DNA of 62,393 bases, counting the filler, from Catajapyx aquilonaris (taxonomy: Eukaryota): NCBI GenBank assembly GCA_000934665.2. It is 2 parts of 2 records of this genome, joined end to end, with 100 filler letters (N's around TTAATTAATTAA, not from the genome) between each part and the next. Parts side by side here need not be neighbours in the genome. Positions count along the whole stretch, not along the records: positions 1 to 31,168 come from KZ539174.1; positions 31,269 to 62,393 come from JYFJ02004577.1. One strand, written 5' to 3'. Position 1 is the first letter of the stretch. The number at the start of each line of letters is the position of its first letter. Below are positions 27,201-52,365 of the stretch, piece by piece. Under the pieces are notes generated by a model. That model had not been told where the DNA came from, ran no database searches, and saw only the letters and a program-made list of their open reading frames with translations. A program made the position numbers and the translations under genes.

Positions 27201-30200
27201 TTGCATGACCAGCACTGCATTATTGATATCTGGACATGAAAGAAACGTCATATTCTAGATCAAATTTTAAAATGCAGCCCGCAGCCACATCACAATGCCA
27301 TCCTCTAATCAAACTAAATACAGAAACTCATGATAATAAGATGGTCACCATAATGCGGAGTTGTCATGCTTTGGATAGAATAAATCCGGAGGTACAGTGT
27401 TGGACATTAATCAAGGCATACTGCTAGCGACATTTTCCGAAGCGGCAGAAGAAGGAATTGAAGATAAGGATAGTGCAAGCCAGGCGAGCAAGATTCCTTA
27501 TTCTGCTGCTTCGGAAAATGTCGCTAGCAGTATGCCTCAATTAATGTCCAACACTGTACTTTGTGTCAGATGCAGTCAAATGTGTGACAAGACTATTTGT
27601 GTTGGTGACCATCTTATTTCCCTAACTTATCACATTTGTGTTGATTGTGGGTGGTGTTCTGATTAATCTGTGGATAGGAGTCACCTTTTATAGTTGGATC
27701 CAGAGTGCAATTTAATATCCAAACGTCTTCATAAAAAGTGTTGAAATCTGTGTTCTCTTATGGACGTATCTTTGTCATGTCAGGCATTGTGTTTAATATC
27801 AGTCCATTTCCATTTTAACCCTTTATCTCCCTCGAGGGATGTTGGCCTGGTTATAACCATACCTCACATAATATTTTTTTACAATTCATTGGTATCACCT
27901 AGATGGAAATTTCTTTCGCCATATCTTTAGGAAATCTTCGTAGATTTACCCCACCCACGCGATATATTTGATGTAATGACGTCATATGTCAAAGGTCTCG
28001 TCATTGTAAACGAGTTGTAAATAGACAATTACTGCACAAATGTAAATAGACATAACTCCCTGCTGAATTTTTCCCGGTATGTGGACCGTTCAGCGCAAAA
28101 CCACAAAAAAAATCCCGAAATTCTGAGATACTTTTCGGCAGGTCAAAAATGCCGCATATATATCTGGCTACGCCCCTTCCCGCGCTTTCCCATCAGCCAG
28201 TGGGAGGAGACCTTGCTCCTGATTGGTCGGGAGCACTGCTCCGAGCTCTCTGCTAATTGCCTTTAACATCTGGGCTGCATGTTTTGTAGCACCTGGTGAC
28301 TCACCTTAGAGCCTATTAAATCGGGCCTTTAAAAATTTTTAAACGGAAGCTAATGTTTTCATAGTCCATTACAGGCAGTGCGGAAGCATACAGAATTTTC
28401 TTGTGATGGTTCAAGGGTACAATGCCGTCTAAAAATACTCATATAGAGCAACGCAGCACCGTGCCTGCGTAAGCAAGGGAAGTATCAGGCGGCCGTCGCC
28501 CTCTCGGGAGGCAAAAGTCAAACTTTCTTGTATATGAGGCATCTAGGCCATCTACCTGATGGCCAGGAACACAAATATACGGTACCGGTATCGGATATAT
28601 TGTGGGCATTTGAATAATACTCGATGAAATGCTCGAAATCCAGCAGGAGATAAAGGGTTAACATCAAGCTAATGCATGGAATAAGGTTTGACCTGTTGGG
28701 AAGAAATAATTAGTGTCTAATGTGTGCAATTTGCTAAGCTGTTCAGATGATCTTGACGATTTTGTTTGCAGAACCTTATGAGCGACTAGAGCATCGGAAT
28801 GTTATTGAAGAAAGAGTGGTACCTCAAGTGAAGGCACTGTATCCATTTAATGGCCAGGGTATGAGTGTTGCTAAAGGTGAAGTGATGTTTCTCCTGAACA
28901 AGACCAACAATGATTGGTGGAATGTAAGGAAAGGCAATGGGCAGGACGGGTTTGTTCCTGCCAACTATGTTAAGGAAATTGAGCCAAAGGTGATGCCGGT
29001 GCAGGTGAGAAGGCCTGAGAAGGTGAGGGACACTCGACAGGTGAAGAAGACCAAGATGGTCAGGCAAGTTGTGCCTGTCAAGAGGAGGAAGTCACCACGA
29101 GCACCACGTTAGTACTTGCTGCTATAAAAATATTTAGTGAATATTGGCAACCCATCCCTGACGATCCTAATTGAGGATCTTGAATGACTGTTGATAATCT
29201 CTTAGTCTGCCATCCTGGCTGTGTAATAAACGATCCAATACAACTTGAGCAATTTATGGTACAAAATATTTTCCTGTCAGTCATATCATTGCTTACCATG
29301 TGTGTGTATGCATGGGCTTGAAAATTGAACATCCATTTTTAGCTAGATACAAGAACAGAAAGGGCACAATGTTTTGGATATTGACACAAAATTCTTCATT
29401 TTTAATTTGAAATACTGGACAAATCTAATCACACTACCTTCAAAAGGTTTCCAGTTTTTTTCCTGTGTTAGAATTTAGCATTAATTGTCATTAATACAGT
29501 TTAATCAGTGGACATAATGTTAGAGATGAATATCAGCAAAATAATACAGCCTGCTATGCATGTGGAACAATTTCTTATTGACAAGTAATGGTAATTTTTT
29601 TCCATTTATAGCCAGAGGTGTTAAGAGGGCACCTGATGAAAATGAAACGGTAGAAAAGAGACAGAAGAAGATCAATGAAACCTACGAGCAGCTTGTTGAG
29701 CTAGCCAAGGTAATTCAGTAATATTTTGTGCATGCAAGTAGAGCTGAACAAGTGTGGAAAATTTCATGCTTTTCAGCAAAGACATGCATTTTTGGAAGAT
29801 GCTATCCGCCTATTTGGCTTCTATAGAGAATGTGATGACTTTGAAAAGTGGATCAAGGAGAAAGAGAAGTCTCTGAAGACTGACGACAAGTCAGACAGTG
29901 TTGAAAATGCCAAACGAAAATTTGAGGTAAGTGTAGGCATTTCAAGAGGGAAGTTTGTTAAAAACTTATCAAAGATTTCTTTTAAATAAATTGTAATACC
30001 TTAAAAATTATTATGCCACTTTCTATTGCTTTTTCATTGCAGAAATTTTTGACTGACCTTTATGCAAGCAGCAAGCGAATAGAGAAGATAGATGGGATGG
30101 TGGAGGACTTTGAGCAAACAGGTCACAGCCAGTTGGACAAGGTTAAGTCCCGCCAGATCCAGATCCACAACCTGTGGGACAGGTTGAATCGCCTCAAGTC

Positions 30201-30425
30201 AGAGAAGGAGAAGAGTCTTGAGGGGGCCTCCAGTGTAGAGCTTTTCAACCGGACCTGTGATGAGGCTTGTGATTGGATGCTTGATAAGATGGCCAAGATG
30301 GAAATTGATGACATTGGAGAGGATTTGAAGACTGTGCAAGCCCTACAGAGGAAACATCACAATCTTGAAAGGGAACTGGCCCCTGTAGAAGAGAAAGTTG
30401 GGAGGGTCAACCTTTTGGCCAACTC
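9952..30425 (+). CDS. kst: Beta-heavy spectrin (karst / SPTBN5-like), 5' portion only: CH1-CH2, spectrin repeats, SH3
   Basis: Coding exons 9952-10071, 12622-12789, 17531-17647, 17741-17849, 17938-18102, 18626-18738, 18801-18988, 20042-20267, 20334-20465, 22718-22939, 22996-23204, 24870-25047, 25228-25428, 26818-27121, 28772-29107, 29612-29709, 29777-29926, 30043-30425; all GT-AG with consistent phases (~1139 codons). Motifs [54 protein letters not shown] and an SH3 (ALYPF...NDWWNVRK...GFVPANYV) nested among early repeats match karst as recalled. Truncated by the contig end. Confidence 0.96.
10153..10380. mobile_element. MITE-like fold-back element in spectrin intron
   Basis: 25-bp perfect IR 10160-10184/10347-10371 plus inner imperfect IR 10185-10205/10293-10313. 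Confidence 0.7.
14678..14948. mobile_element. piggyBac-like MITE
   Basis: TTAA|CCCTGGAA...TTCCAGGG|TTAA (TSDs 14674-14677, 14949-14952) with subterminal IR ggtcttttaggacccca / tggggtccgaaaagacc. Confidence 0.8.
18256..18288. repeat. (ATA)n microsatellite
   Basis: About 11 ATA units; source of the spurious poly-Ile ORF. Confidence 0.9.
19719..19888. repeat. Imperfect palindrome with ~27-bp core stem
   Basis: Core 19778-19843 (gagtaaccaatattgtttgaggtgaaa / tttcgcctcaagcaatactggttactc), with weaker outer pairing. Confidence 0.7.
20819..21099. mobile_element. Nested degenerate palindromic MITE A
   Basis: aattacaaaaaacctaccactgaatttt... / ...aaattcaatggtagattttttgtaatt imperfect IR. Confidence 0.65.
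21096..21756. mobile_element. Nested long fold-back MITE B
   Basis: ~290-bp arms (aattgaaccatggaaagcaaaaccga... / ...tcggttttgctttccatggttcaatt) with an internally duplicated ~60-bp central unit (attggagttagc...aactcc twice). Confidence 0.88.
22041..22241 (-). mobile_element. tRNA-derived SINE, copy 1
   Basis: Minus strand GGGCATGGTGGTCTAGTGG (A box) ... GGTTCAAATC (B box), then a body and tail alignable by eye to 26489-26690. Confidence 0.75.
24280..24591. mobile_element. Degenerate MITE (Tc1/mariner-like TA|CAG...CTG|TA ends)
   Basis: tgttccaagtttgtgggt...ttatttataactgatattgcc / ggcaatattagttataaataa...acccacgaacttggatcac imperfect IR. Confidence 0.65.
25897..26006. repeat. ~45-bp-arm hairpin, probably part of a non-autonomous DNA transposon
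   Basis: agttcacggcaagaaca...gcgaatttgaatatttttgc / gcaaaaatattcaaattcgc...tgttcttgccgtgaact. Confidence 0.7.
26489..26690 (+). mobile_element. tRNA-derived SINE, copy 2 (more degenerate)
   Basis: GGCATTGTGGTTTAGAGG...tactggcca...GGTTCATATC...tttcacc..acatg.ctggg...agagggtc, colinear with the reverse complement of 22041-22241. Confidence 0.7.
27395..27556. mobile_element. Tc1/mariner-type palindromic MITE
   Basis: TA|CAGTGTTGGACAT...ATGTCCAACACTG|TA; ~65-bp arms with about 4 mismatches. Lies at the centre of an older palindrome (~27231-27782). Confidence 0.85.
27819..28657. mobile_element. piggyBac-like non-autonomous element
   Basis: TTAA|CCCTTTATCTCC...GGAGATAAAGGG|TTAA; 12-bp perfect TIR, TSDs 27815-27818 and 28658-28661; no transposase ORF. 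Confidence 0.8.
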
Positions 30426-30554
30426 GTTAGTATTTTATTCCATTATGTTATTTCAAGAAAGTGATATGTATATGAGTTTTTCTTTTTTTCATCACTTTGG
30501 AGTTCGGCATAAATAAGCAGCTGTCATAAGGAGAAAATTTCAGTTTACTGTGTA

Positions 30555-30884
30555 CGGGGTGTTTCACCTTTTTTGTCTGAACAGTTTTCGGAAAATTGCA
30601 CGTAGCTGCTACTTTGTAAGCAGTGACTTGCAAACTGTGAGTTTTCGGAGGAATGGGGAATATTCCCTGCGAATCGTAGGTTGAAGTGGCATACGTGCTG
30701 CCCGCTGAAAATTGAGGGTCAAGCCTGGAAAAAAGAGGGTCTCACATGCCATGGGATGTGCGACCTTCTTTTTCCCCATTCCCAATTCCTCCGACAAATC
30801 ACCAGGTGCAAGTCACTGCTTACAAAGTAGAAGCTATGTGCAATTTTCCGATAACTGTTCTGACAAAAAAGTTGAAACACCCTG
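30555..30884. mobile_element. Mariner-like MITE
   Basis: TA|CGGGGTGTTTCA...TGAAACACCCTG|TA with ~77-bp imperfect TIRs. Confidence 0.85.
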
Positions 30885-31168
30885 TATATAGATTGGCTTA
30901 GCTTACATCTGCTACTTTTGGGACTGTTTCCTGCTAAGTGAGACAATTTTTTGGCACAAATGATCACCTTATTAGAGTCTTTTAACTAAATAGCAACATA
31001 TTCTAATTATGATAAAATGATAGTCTCAGGAAGAATCCAAGGCAATAATAAACTTAATAATAATGATGATAATAAAAATAATATAGGTTACCTGTGATAT
31101 GCCTGTGGCCTCTTAGGGGTCGTCCATATACCACGTGACCGATTTTTGGCCACTTTTTGACCCCCCCC

Positions 31169-31268
31169 NNNNNNNNNNNNNNNNNNNNNNNNNNNNNNNN
31201 NNNNNNNNNNNNTTAATTAATTAANNNNNNNNNNNNNNNNNNNNNNNNNNNNNNNNNNNNNNNNNNNN
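31169..31268. other. Artificial contig spacer / assembly gap
   Basis: Exactly 44 N + TTAATTAATTAA (31213-31224; stops in all six frames) + 44 N = 100 nt; genes on both sides are truncated. Confidence 0.95.
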
Positions 31269-32326
31269 AGTCGAATGGTGACGGCACTGCTCCAACCGCA
31301 TTTTGGAGGAAGATCAGTTGGGAATGGAGGTCGTCGTTGTTGGTGGTCAGAGCACCCATTATCACGTCTGAGTGGCCATTCATGTACTTGGTCAGCGAGT
31401 ACACCGTTATGTCAGCTCCAAGCGAAAGAGGCCTCTGGGAGAATAAACGTCAATAAATCATTTTGTGAACAAAATGCAGCTGCATATTATGGAGCTATTA
31501 TTTGCATTGAAAGGAATATGTAAAGTACCTCATGGAAATGCTATTATCAACTCTATAGCTGAGATGCTAGCCATGTGTGCGAATATTCTGAATGCTTTAC
31601 TGTACCTGAAAGTACGATGACAGAAAAGTGTTGTCGACTGCAAATATAACATCCTTGTGCTTATGCACAATATCGGCCACTTTCTGTATGTCCGCGAGCT
31701 TCAGTGTTGGATTGGTTGGGGTCTCGACCCAGACCATCTGTAATTTTAACCAAACATTAAACATGATTAAACAGCTGACCAGGTTGACAGATACCTTTGT
31801 GTTAGGCTGTATCGCTTTGGCAACATTATCAGGATTTGTAGGATCGACGAACGTGGTCTTGATGTCCGACTTGCTCAAGATTTTATTCATGTATCGGTAC
31901 GTCCCACCGTACAGGTCGTTCCCTGCAACCAAATGATCCCCCGCCTTCAACAGGCCCATAACGGCCGCCCCGGTGGACAAACCGGATGCAAAACACAGGC
32001 AGTGTTTGGCTCCATCCAACGCAGCAATGCAACGCTCCAGTACATTCCGACTTGGATTTCCGCTCCGTCCATACTCAAACCCCTACGGAGCAAACATGCT
32101 GTAATCGTTACACACTCTTAATTGTTCAGCAATGTACCCTGTGATCGGCTGGTCCGTCCTGCTTAAAAGTGGTGGACATCGAGATGGATGGCACGACGGG
32201 CATGAACGTCCACTGCTCCGGATCCTGCCCTGCGTGTATGGCTTTAGTTGAGAACTCAGGGTCCTGCGCCTTGTACCCTTTAAGCAGCGGGCGCACCTCT
32301 TCTTCCAGACGCTCAATCTCACACAT
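31269..32326 (-). CDS. CTH: Cystathionine gamma-lyase (PLP-dependent), 3'-truncated
   Basis: Exons 32326-32138, 32082-31795, 31737-31606, 31434-31269 (gap). Motifs FSTKAIHAGQDPEQW, EYGRSGNPSRNVLE, FASG, DLYGGT, WVETPTNP, VDNTF and the PLP-lysine motif SLTKYMNGHSDV. Confidence 0.95.
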
Positions 32327-32439
32327 GGTTACCTTACTGCAACATATGTGCGCTATTAGCAAGGGGGCTAGAGTGAACAATCCTATGACCTCCGTACTGT
32401 ACCTGTACTAGTGTACTGTGCTGCTGGGCTGTACTCGAC

Positions 32440-32795
32440 GTAAAGAGATCAAATAGATAGCAGCCAGATGCTTTTATATATGGAGCAGGGGTTATATCAC
32501 ATGTGCTTTGTCTCTGAGAGGTGGCAGCACCGCATGTACACCCAACATGCAACACCGCATGACGTCATCACCGATGGAAACGCCACAATAACGTCAATTA
32601 CTTATAAGGACTCCAAGGACTACATAAAATTCGAATCCCCCGCCTCTAATGACGTCATCACCGGATATTGCATCTCTCCGGATATTGCGCCTCTCCCGGA
32701 ATGTGCGCCTCCCCGGAGCGACGTCGCATTGTCCGCCGCGCCTGTCAGGGTTGGCTCCCCTGATTTTCCATTCCAGAATCAGTTCCACAGCAAAG
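32440..32795. promoter_or_regulatory. Compact bidirectional promoter between CTH (-) and NSF (+)
   Basis: Minus-strand TATATAAAAG at ~32471-32480; two CRE/ATF sites TGACGTCA (32560-32567, 32650-32657); CCGGA-containing ~17-nt tandem repeats ~32661-32716; plus-strand TCAGTT at 32779-32784. Confidence 0.6.
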
Positions 32796-47107
<14,312 letters not shown>

Positions 47108-47395
47108 CCAGTGCCTGCAGCCCGCCCCTACAGCAGCAGCAGGCCCAAGTGGTGGTGGCGGTGGCGGTGGCAGTGGTGGCGTAGGTGCTGGCTGCTCCTG
47201 GGGCTCATGGTCGGGGGGGTCCTCGGCGTGTCCGTCGGCTTCCTGTTCGGCACCCTTGTCGGTCTAACCGTTGGGGTTGTCGTCGGGATGGTGGTCGGAC
47301 TCACTGCCGGGGTCATTGTCGGGGTCATCATCGGGGAGGTTGGGGTTGAGAGGAAGGAGGACTGCACCAACTGTGCGGTTGTCAGGTGGTGTTGA
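47108..47395 (+). other. Open frame in phase with NSF after its stop: candidate readthrough extension or downstream microprotein (glycine zipper)
   Basis: 95 sense codons follow TAG(47105-47107)-C; encodes WWWRWRWQWWRR then (GxxxG)n with 12 Gly at period 4; in-frame ATG at 47207 would give 62 aa. Translation not demonstrated. Confidence 0.5.
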
Positions 47396-50390
47396 TCAGC
47401 CTCTCATCTTCTGCCTTCCTTCCTACCATGAGAACTCAGTTCTGCCGGCATCTGATGTCACCTTTTCGTCCCAGATTGCCAGTTTCTACAGACTTTTTGG
47501 TTGTGGGCACAAAACGGCTTGTCAGTAAATGCGACGCTCATGATCACTGAGTAAATGGGACTCTGCAATAAAATAGCCTGAGATGACAAGGAACCCAGTT
47601 ACAGTTCATCAGTGATTCAATGTCACGCTGCATTTTGTAAGCATTGTCACTAATCATGAAAATAATGTGAGGATTTTGAAAAATTACCATTTCAATATTA
47701 AAGAATCTGCTTGGAAGTAAAAGTTCAACTAGTTAATTTATTCTCTATTGAATCACTGCTGAAGTAATTCGTGGGTTACTTTTCACCTGGGTTATATGGA
47801 AATTTCCACTAGGTGGGATATTTTCTTTGCCTGATCATACATGATAATCACTTGCAGAATAAATGCCAAGAGAGTTATTTAGTGCTCATGAGCGTACGCT
47901 GTGTAAAGCCATGTAAAGACATTCCATGCAGGTACACTTGACATAATTTATTTAAGGAGGTGCCAGTGCACTTATATTTGTAAATATTTTCTACCTTGTT
48001 TAGGAGTTGAACATAAGTAAATATGGCTTTACACAGTGCAAGAAAGTGCAAGTATGATTTTTGCTTGGCTCGTATGCCGAGCATTTGACCTTCATTTCCA
48101 AGTGCAAAATTTCTGAAACAATCACAGTGCCTATTTTGTAGAGTAGCAACAAAATAAAAAAGCACACAATTTATCCTGAAGAAACTGGCAAGTTGGGTGG
48201 CTGAGAAAATAAGAATGATCTAATCCTAGAGGGTATATCTAACGAAGAGGAAGGGAAGCCCCGCTTTTAAAGCATGAATGGAAAGTGGATTCTGAGTTGT
48301 AAATGATTGTTGGGAGGTTTTGGGATAGGATCGCTAAGTCCAAAAGAAAAGAGAGAGAGAGAGAGAAAAAAAAAAAGCAAATACAAAGGATAAAGTGGGA
48401 AGCACTGCTGAAATTTGTCACTGTCACAAAGGGGTGGGCAGCAATATGATCACATTAAAAAGTATATAAGTATATGCATACATGTAATTATAAGGACAAT
48501 ATAAAAAAAAGAGTTTCAATATGTGGTGAAAACTTCACAAAATCCGTGCAATTATGATTTCCAAAGAGAAAAAAAAAATGCATATGTGAAAAGAAAAGAA
48601 CGGATCAGTGAAGCTAATAGTATACAACAATACTTGTGGACATTGTTAGGAAGAAGTGACGTTGCCATTACATCTGAAAAAACTTGTACATAAGTCAAGT
48701 CATGTTAATTTATTTGCAAGGTTTAATGTAGGATTTGTTTGATACCAAAATTTTGATTTTCTGCTTCTTCAGTTCGGTAAGAAAACGAAAGCTAAAAATG
48801 ATAAAAAAAATGGTAGAATAGTTTGCTTGACTGCGCCATTTTTGTACCTTGCAAGGCGGGTGTTGAGCTTCACTGACTTGTTAAGACGTGATCAAATTTG
48901 TTCTGCATCATTTCATAACCAACTGTAAACAATCAAATTTTTGTCTGAAAAAGTACGTACTGTATATTGCTTTTGCGTGACCCTCGGGGGAGTTCTGATG
49001 TCTATCCTGAAGCCTTGTTATTTTTTTACGTAACCAACAATCACAAAGGAAAAAAAAAAAAAGTAAAGAGGACTTGACCCACTTTCCCATTTTGAGAAGA
49101 ACATTTTAGTAGCCTCTGGAAAAACGTGTTTTGGATGATGTGTTTTGGTGTTGCCTCCCTGATAAAGACAAAGGGTTGGTTTTTTGCTCACGATTTTGCC
49201 AAAAAAGGCAACCATTGTATTTTTTTTTCTAATGCCTGATACCTCATCACATAATGTCTTGAGGAAAACCTGAGTTCACTAATTTCTTGCCTGGTAGAGC
49301 ATTGCGCTCCACTGTGAAACCACCTTTCCAACAATATTAACAATCGCCCTGTACATTCACATAATTGCGTGTAGGAGGATGATAAAATTATAATGAGAAT
49401 CTCAGATTTCTTTTATACAGTATTATTGTTCATTTCTTGTGTACCTCTCAAGTGAAAAAAGTTGTCTTGGCAAAGCAAAGAGTGACATTGCCACAGAGTG
49501 CAAAGAATCCAAAAAAATGTGCAAAAGGGTTGAGATGAACAACTGAACAGTTTCTCAGCCAGTAAAAATAAAAATCATAAAAATACAAAAAAAAAATAAT
49601 AAAGCGACTTATGCTAACACCACTGGGCATGCACCAGGCAATAACTTAAAAATATCATGAATGGGTGTTTCAGTATTCTCTCCGTTTCTAAATGTTTTGG
49701 ATGTCGCTTCACAGTGTGTATTTAGCAAGTCCGTACCCACCAAACAGACATGTAAACAGCCTATGTCATAATGTCCTGTACTATAGTGTATGTAGGGATA
49801 GATGTGGTAAACTGTGAAAAATTAATTTATTTCGTCTGAATGGATTGGAAAAGAAGTTTAAAAACAAAATCATGTCCTATGATTTTTGTCTGAAATAGAT
49901 TATATCGGCTCATCTAAACCGTTCTTGTTGACAAATTCTGTTGATCAGTAGAAAAAAAAAATTTATTGCCTGTATTGAAAATATATTCACTGTTATAAGC
50001 TGTTAGGCTCAAAAATGCACCGACATTAAATTATTGCAATAATGTATTAAGTACGAAACATCCAGAGAATTCTTCACCAGCAGGATGTATGTACGTAGTT
50101 GAGCTCTGTGAACATTCCACAAATCGAATTTGTTTCGCGAGAAAAGCAACGTTTTAAAACCACTGCCACCTTGTTAACTATGCTTGGTAATGTGGCATGC
50201 ACCTCATTATTAAAGCAAAACTGTTTTCTGACCTGGTTTTTTTGCTGAGTGAAAGTGTAGTGTAACGTGTTGGAATAATTTGAGAAATAAATATTGTTAA
50301 TCCTAGCCTCCTTTTGCTTCGAGTGAATTCATTTATACACATAATTATGATATTATTCTTGGAAGTTTTTTATTAAGGATGTTTGCAGTT

Positions 50391-51708
50391 TTAAACTTTG
50401 GTGTTATGCATTATCCAGTCTATGAAGTGGTCCACACGGGTATAGACCCCTGGAAACTTTTCAAACCCGCATCCGAGTCCTCCCGACACGACCCCGAGGA
50501 TGTGCCACTGTCCACTGGAAGTTTCCCTGTGCACTAATGGTCCTCCAGAGTCTCCCTGACAGGCGTCCTTTCCTCCTCTGGGAACACCTGCACACATCTG
50601 GTGCTCCAAGATGCTGCTTGGGAAGTTCAGCCTGACTTCAGGCACGTTCAGATACCTGTCGTAACACTCGGCCTGCTTCACCACTTGCATCTCCACCTCC
50701 TGAAGCTTATCGCTTGTTTCGCCAACTAATATTTTATATAAGTATGAGTGGTTTTAAGAATGTCTAAATGCACATGCAACTTACACAATAGTTTTTGTCC
50801 CCATCCAGTTAGCACCACTTCTTTTCCTTCCAACTTGCCCAATTTTTTTGATGGTAAGCATATGGGGAGCACAGATCTGGAGTAAGTGACTGGTTCACTT
50901 AATCTAATTAGAGCGATGTCGTAGTAGAGCGAAGGGTATTTGAATTTAGGGTGTGGTAAGGTGCTTTCGATGGTAATGTCCACTGGTGATGCCCCATCAA
51001 ACACGTTGTCATTCAGGTCCAGGTCTCCCAACCGAGCGATGTTAGGTTTGCTGTCAGAAAATAATTATTTAGCTACATATTTTTGGTATATTGTTTGTAA
51101 TTATTGTAACTGATTTTTCCAGTATGCAAATACCTGTTCAAGCAATGAGCAGCTGTTAATACGTAACGGTTGTTGAGCAGAGCTCCACCACAGAACCAGT
51201 TTGGATTGCCACGATCATTTTTCCCCAGAGCTACCTAAAATGTGGAGAGCAATATATTATTTACGCACAACAATCCCCAACAGTGTAATTGCTCACCATC
51301 CATGGCCTGGCATTGAGTAATGCGTCAAATCCTCCGATTGCACCGAATGTCCCAGGAGGCAAAGGCGGCTGTGGTATGGGACGACCACAATCCAATGCAT
51401 ATTGTACAGGACAACATACGTACGGTTCACCTTCACGAAATTGACACAACGTTGGCTGCACTTGACCGTTCAGTACGGCAGGGCAGGACGATGCAATTTG
51501 ACATGTGCCTGCACTTCCTTCAAGCAATGTGCACTTATCTGAATATTCAACCTCGGGGAATATGATGTCTGCTGAGGGAAACGTGGTGTTGACATCTGAA
51601 TTGAAATTGTATAAGGTACGTACCTTGTCTTTTGTGTCTGATTGGAGGGAAATGTTTGGTAGCTGAACACATCAGGAGAGTAGTTGCGAAGGAAAGAAAT
51701 ATCTTCAT
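50391..51708 (-). CDS. Clip-domain trypsin-like serine protease, paralog 1 (snake/persephone-like), ~352 aa
   Basis: Exons 51708-51624, 51568-51297, 51234-51134, 51050-50785, 50725-50391; signal peptide, six-Cys clip ending [23 protein letters not shown]. Confidence 0.92.
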
Positions 51709-52365
51709 CTTGGAAAGACTTCGTGATGACGTACTCAAGTTGCAACTTTTGATGCTCACGAAAAATCTCTTGTTGGACAGGTTCGGCAGGCTTCTCACAT
51801 CGCAGGGCTTTTTGTGTGTGTTTTTATGAAACTGAAATTGGTGGTGCTTTGCAGGTTAATGGCTAGACACGAAGAATATCAGTGAGGGAGTGGATTTAGG
51901 GTTGATGACAAGTTGACAACTGATGCCATGATTAATTGCGATCGTGACGTAATTTGATGGGTATTCCTCGCGGAATAAATTATACTCAAGGCTAATATAA
52001 CATGCGGCGAGAGGGATTTTTTTTTTATCGAGTTAGAATATTACAGTTCGAGTATAGACAAAGATTGCTTGTCGAAGAATGACTCCACTAAAAATCATCC
52101 AAGTGGAAATTCGTGGTGAAGATTTATGCAGGGTGTGAGATGGTACACACTGCAATAAATATTGCTGGTAATAGTGATATAAATCATTACCGTTTACGTG
52201 TCATACTTTATTACAATCTAGGTGTAGTACAGTAGGGTACAGAGTATTGGGCTGGCGATAAGTTATTAAACTGTACAAAATGAGTGACTTTTCAAGTTAT
52301 TACTGAGAAACATTATTATTTTTTGTACTTATCGGTGAAAATTATGGTTACTATAGTTGCAGATC

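Noticed and set aside
47128..47370. Antisense Pro/Thr-rich mucin-like ORF
   Set aside because: It is the codon-complement of the Gly/Val zipper; no ATG start, signal peptide or independent support.
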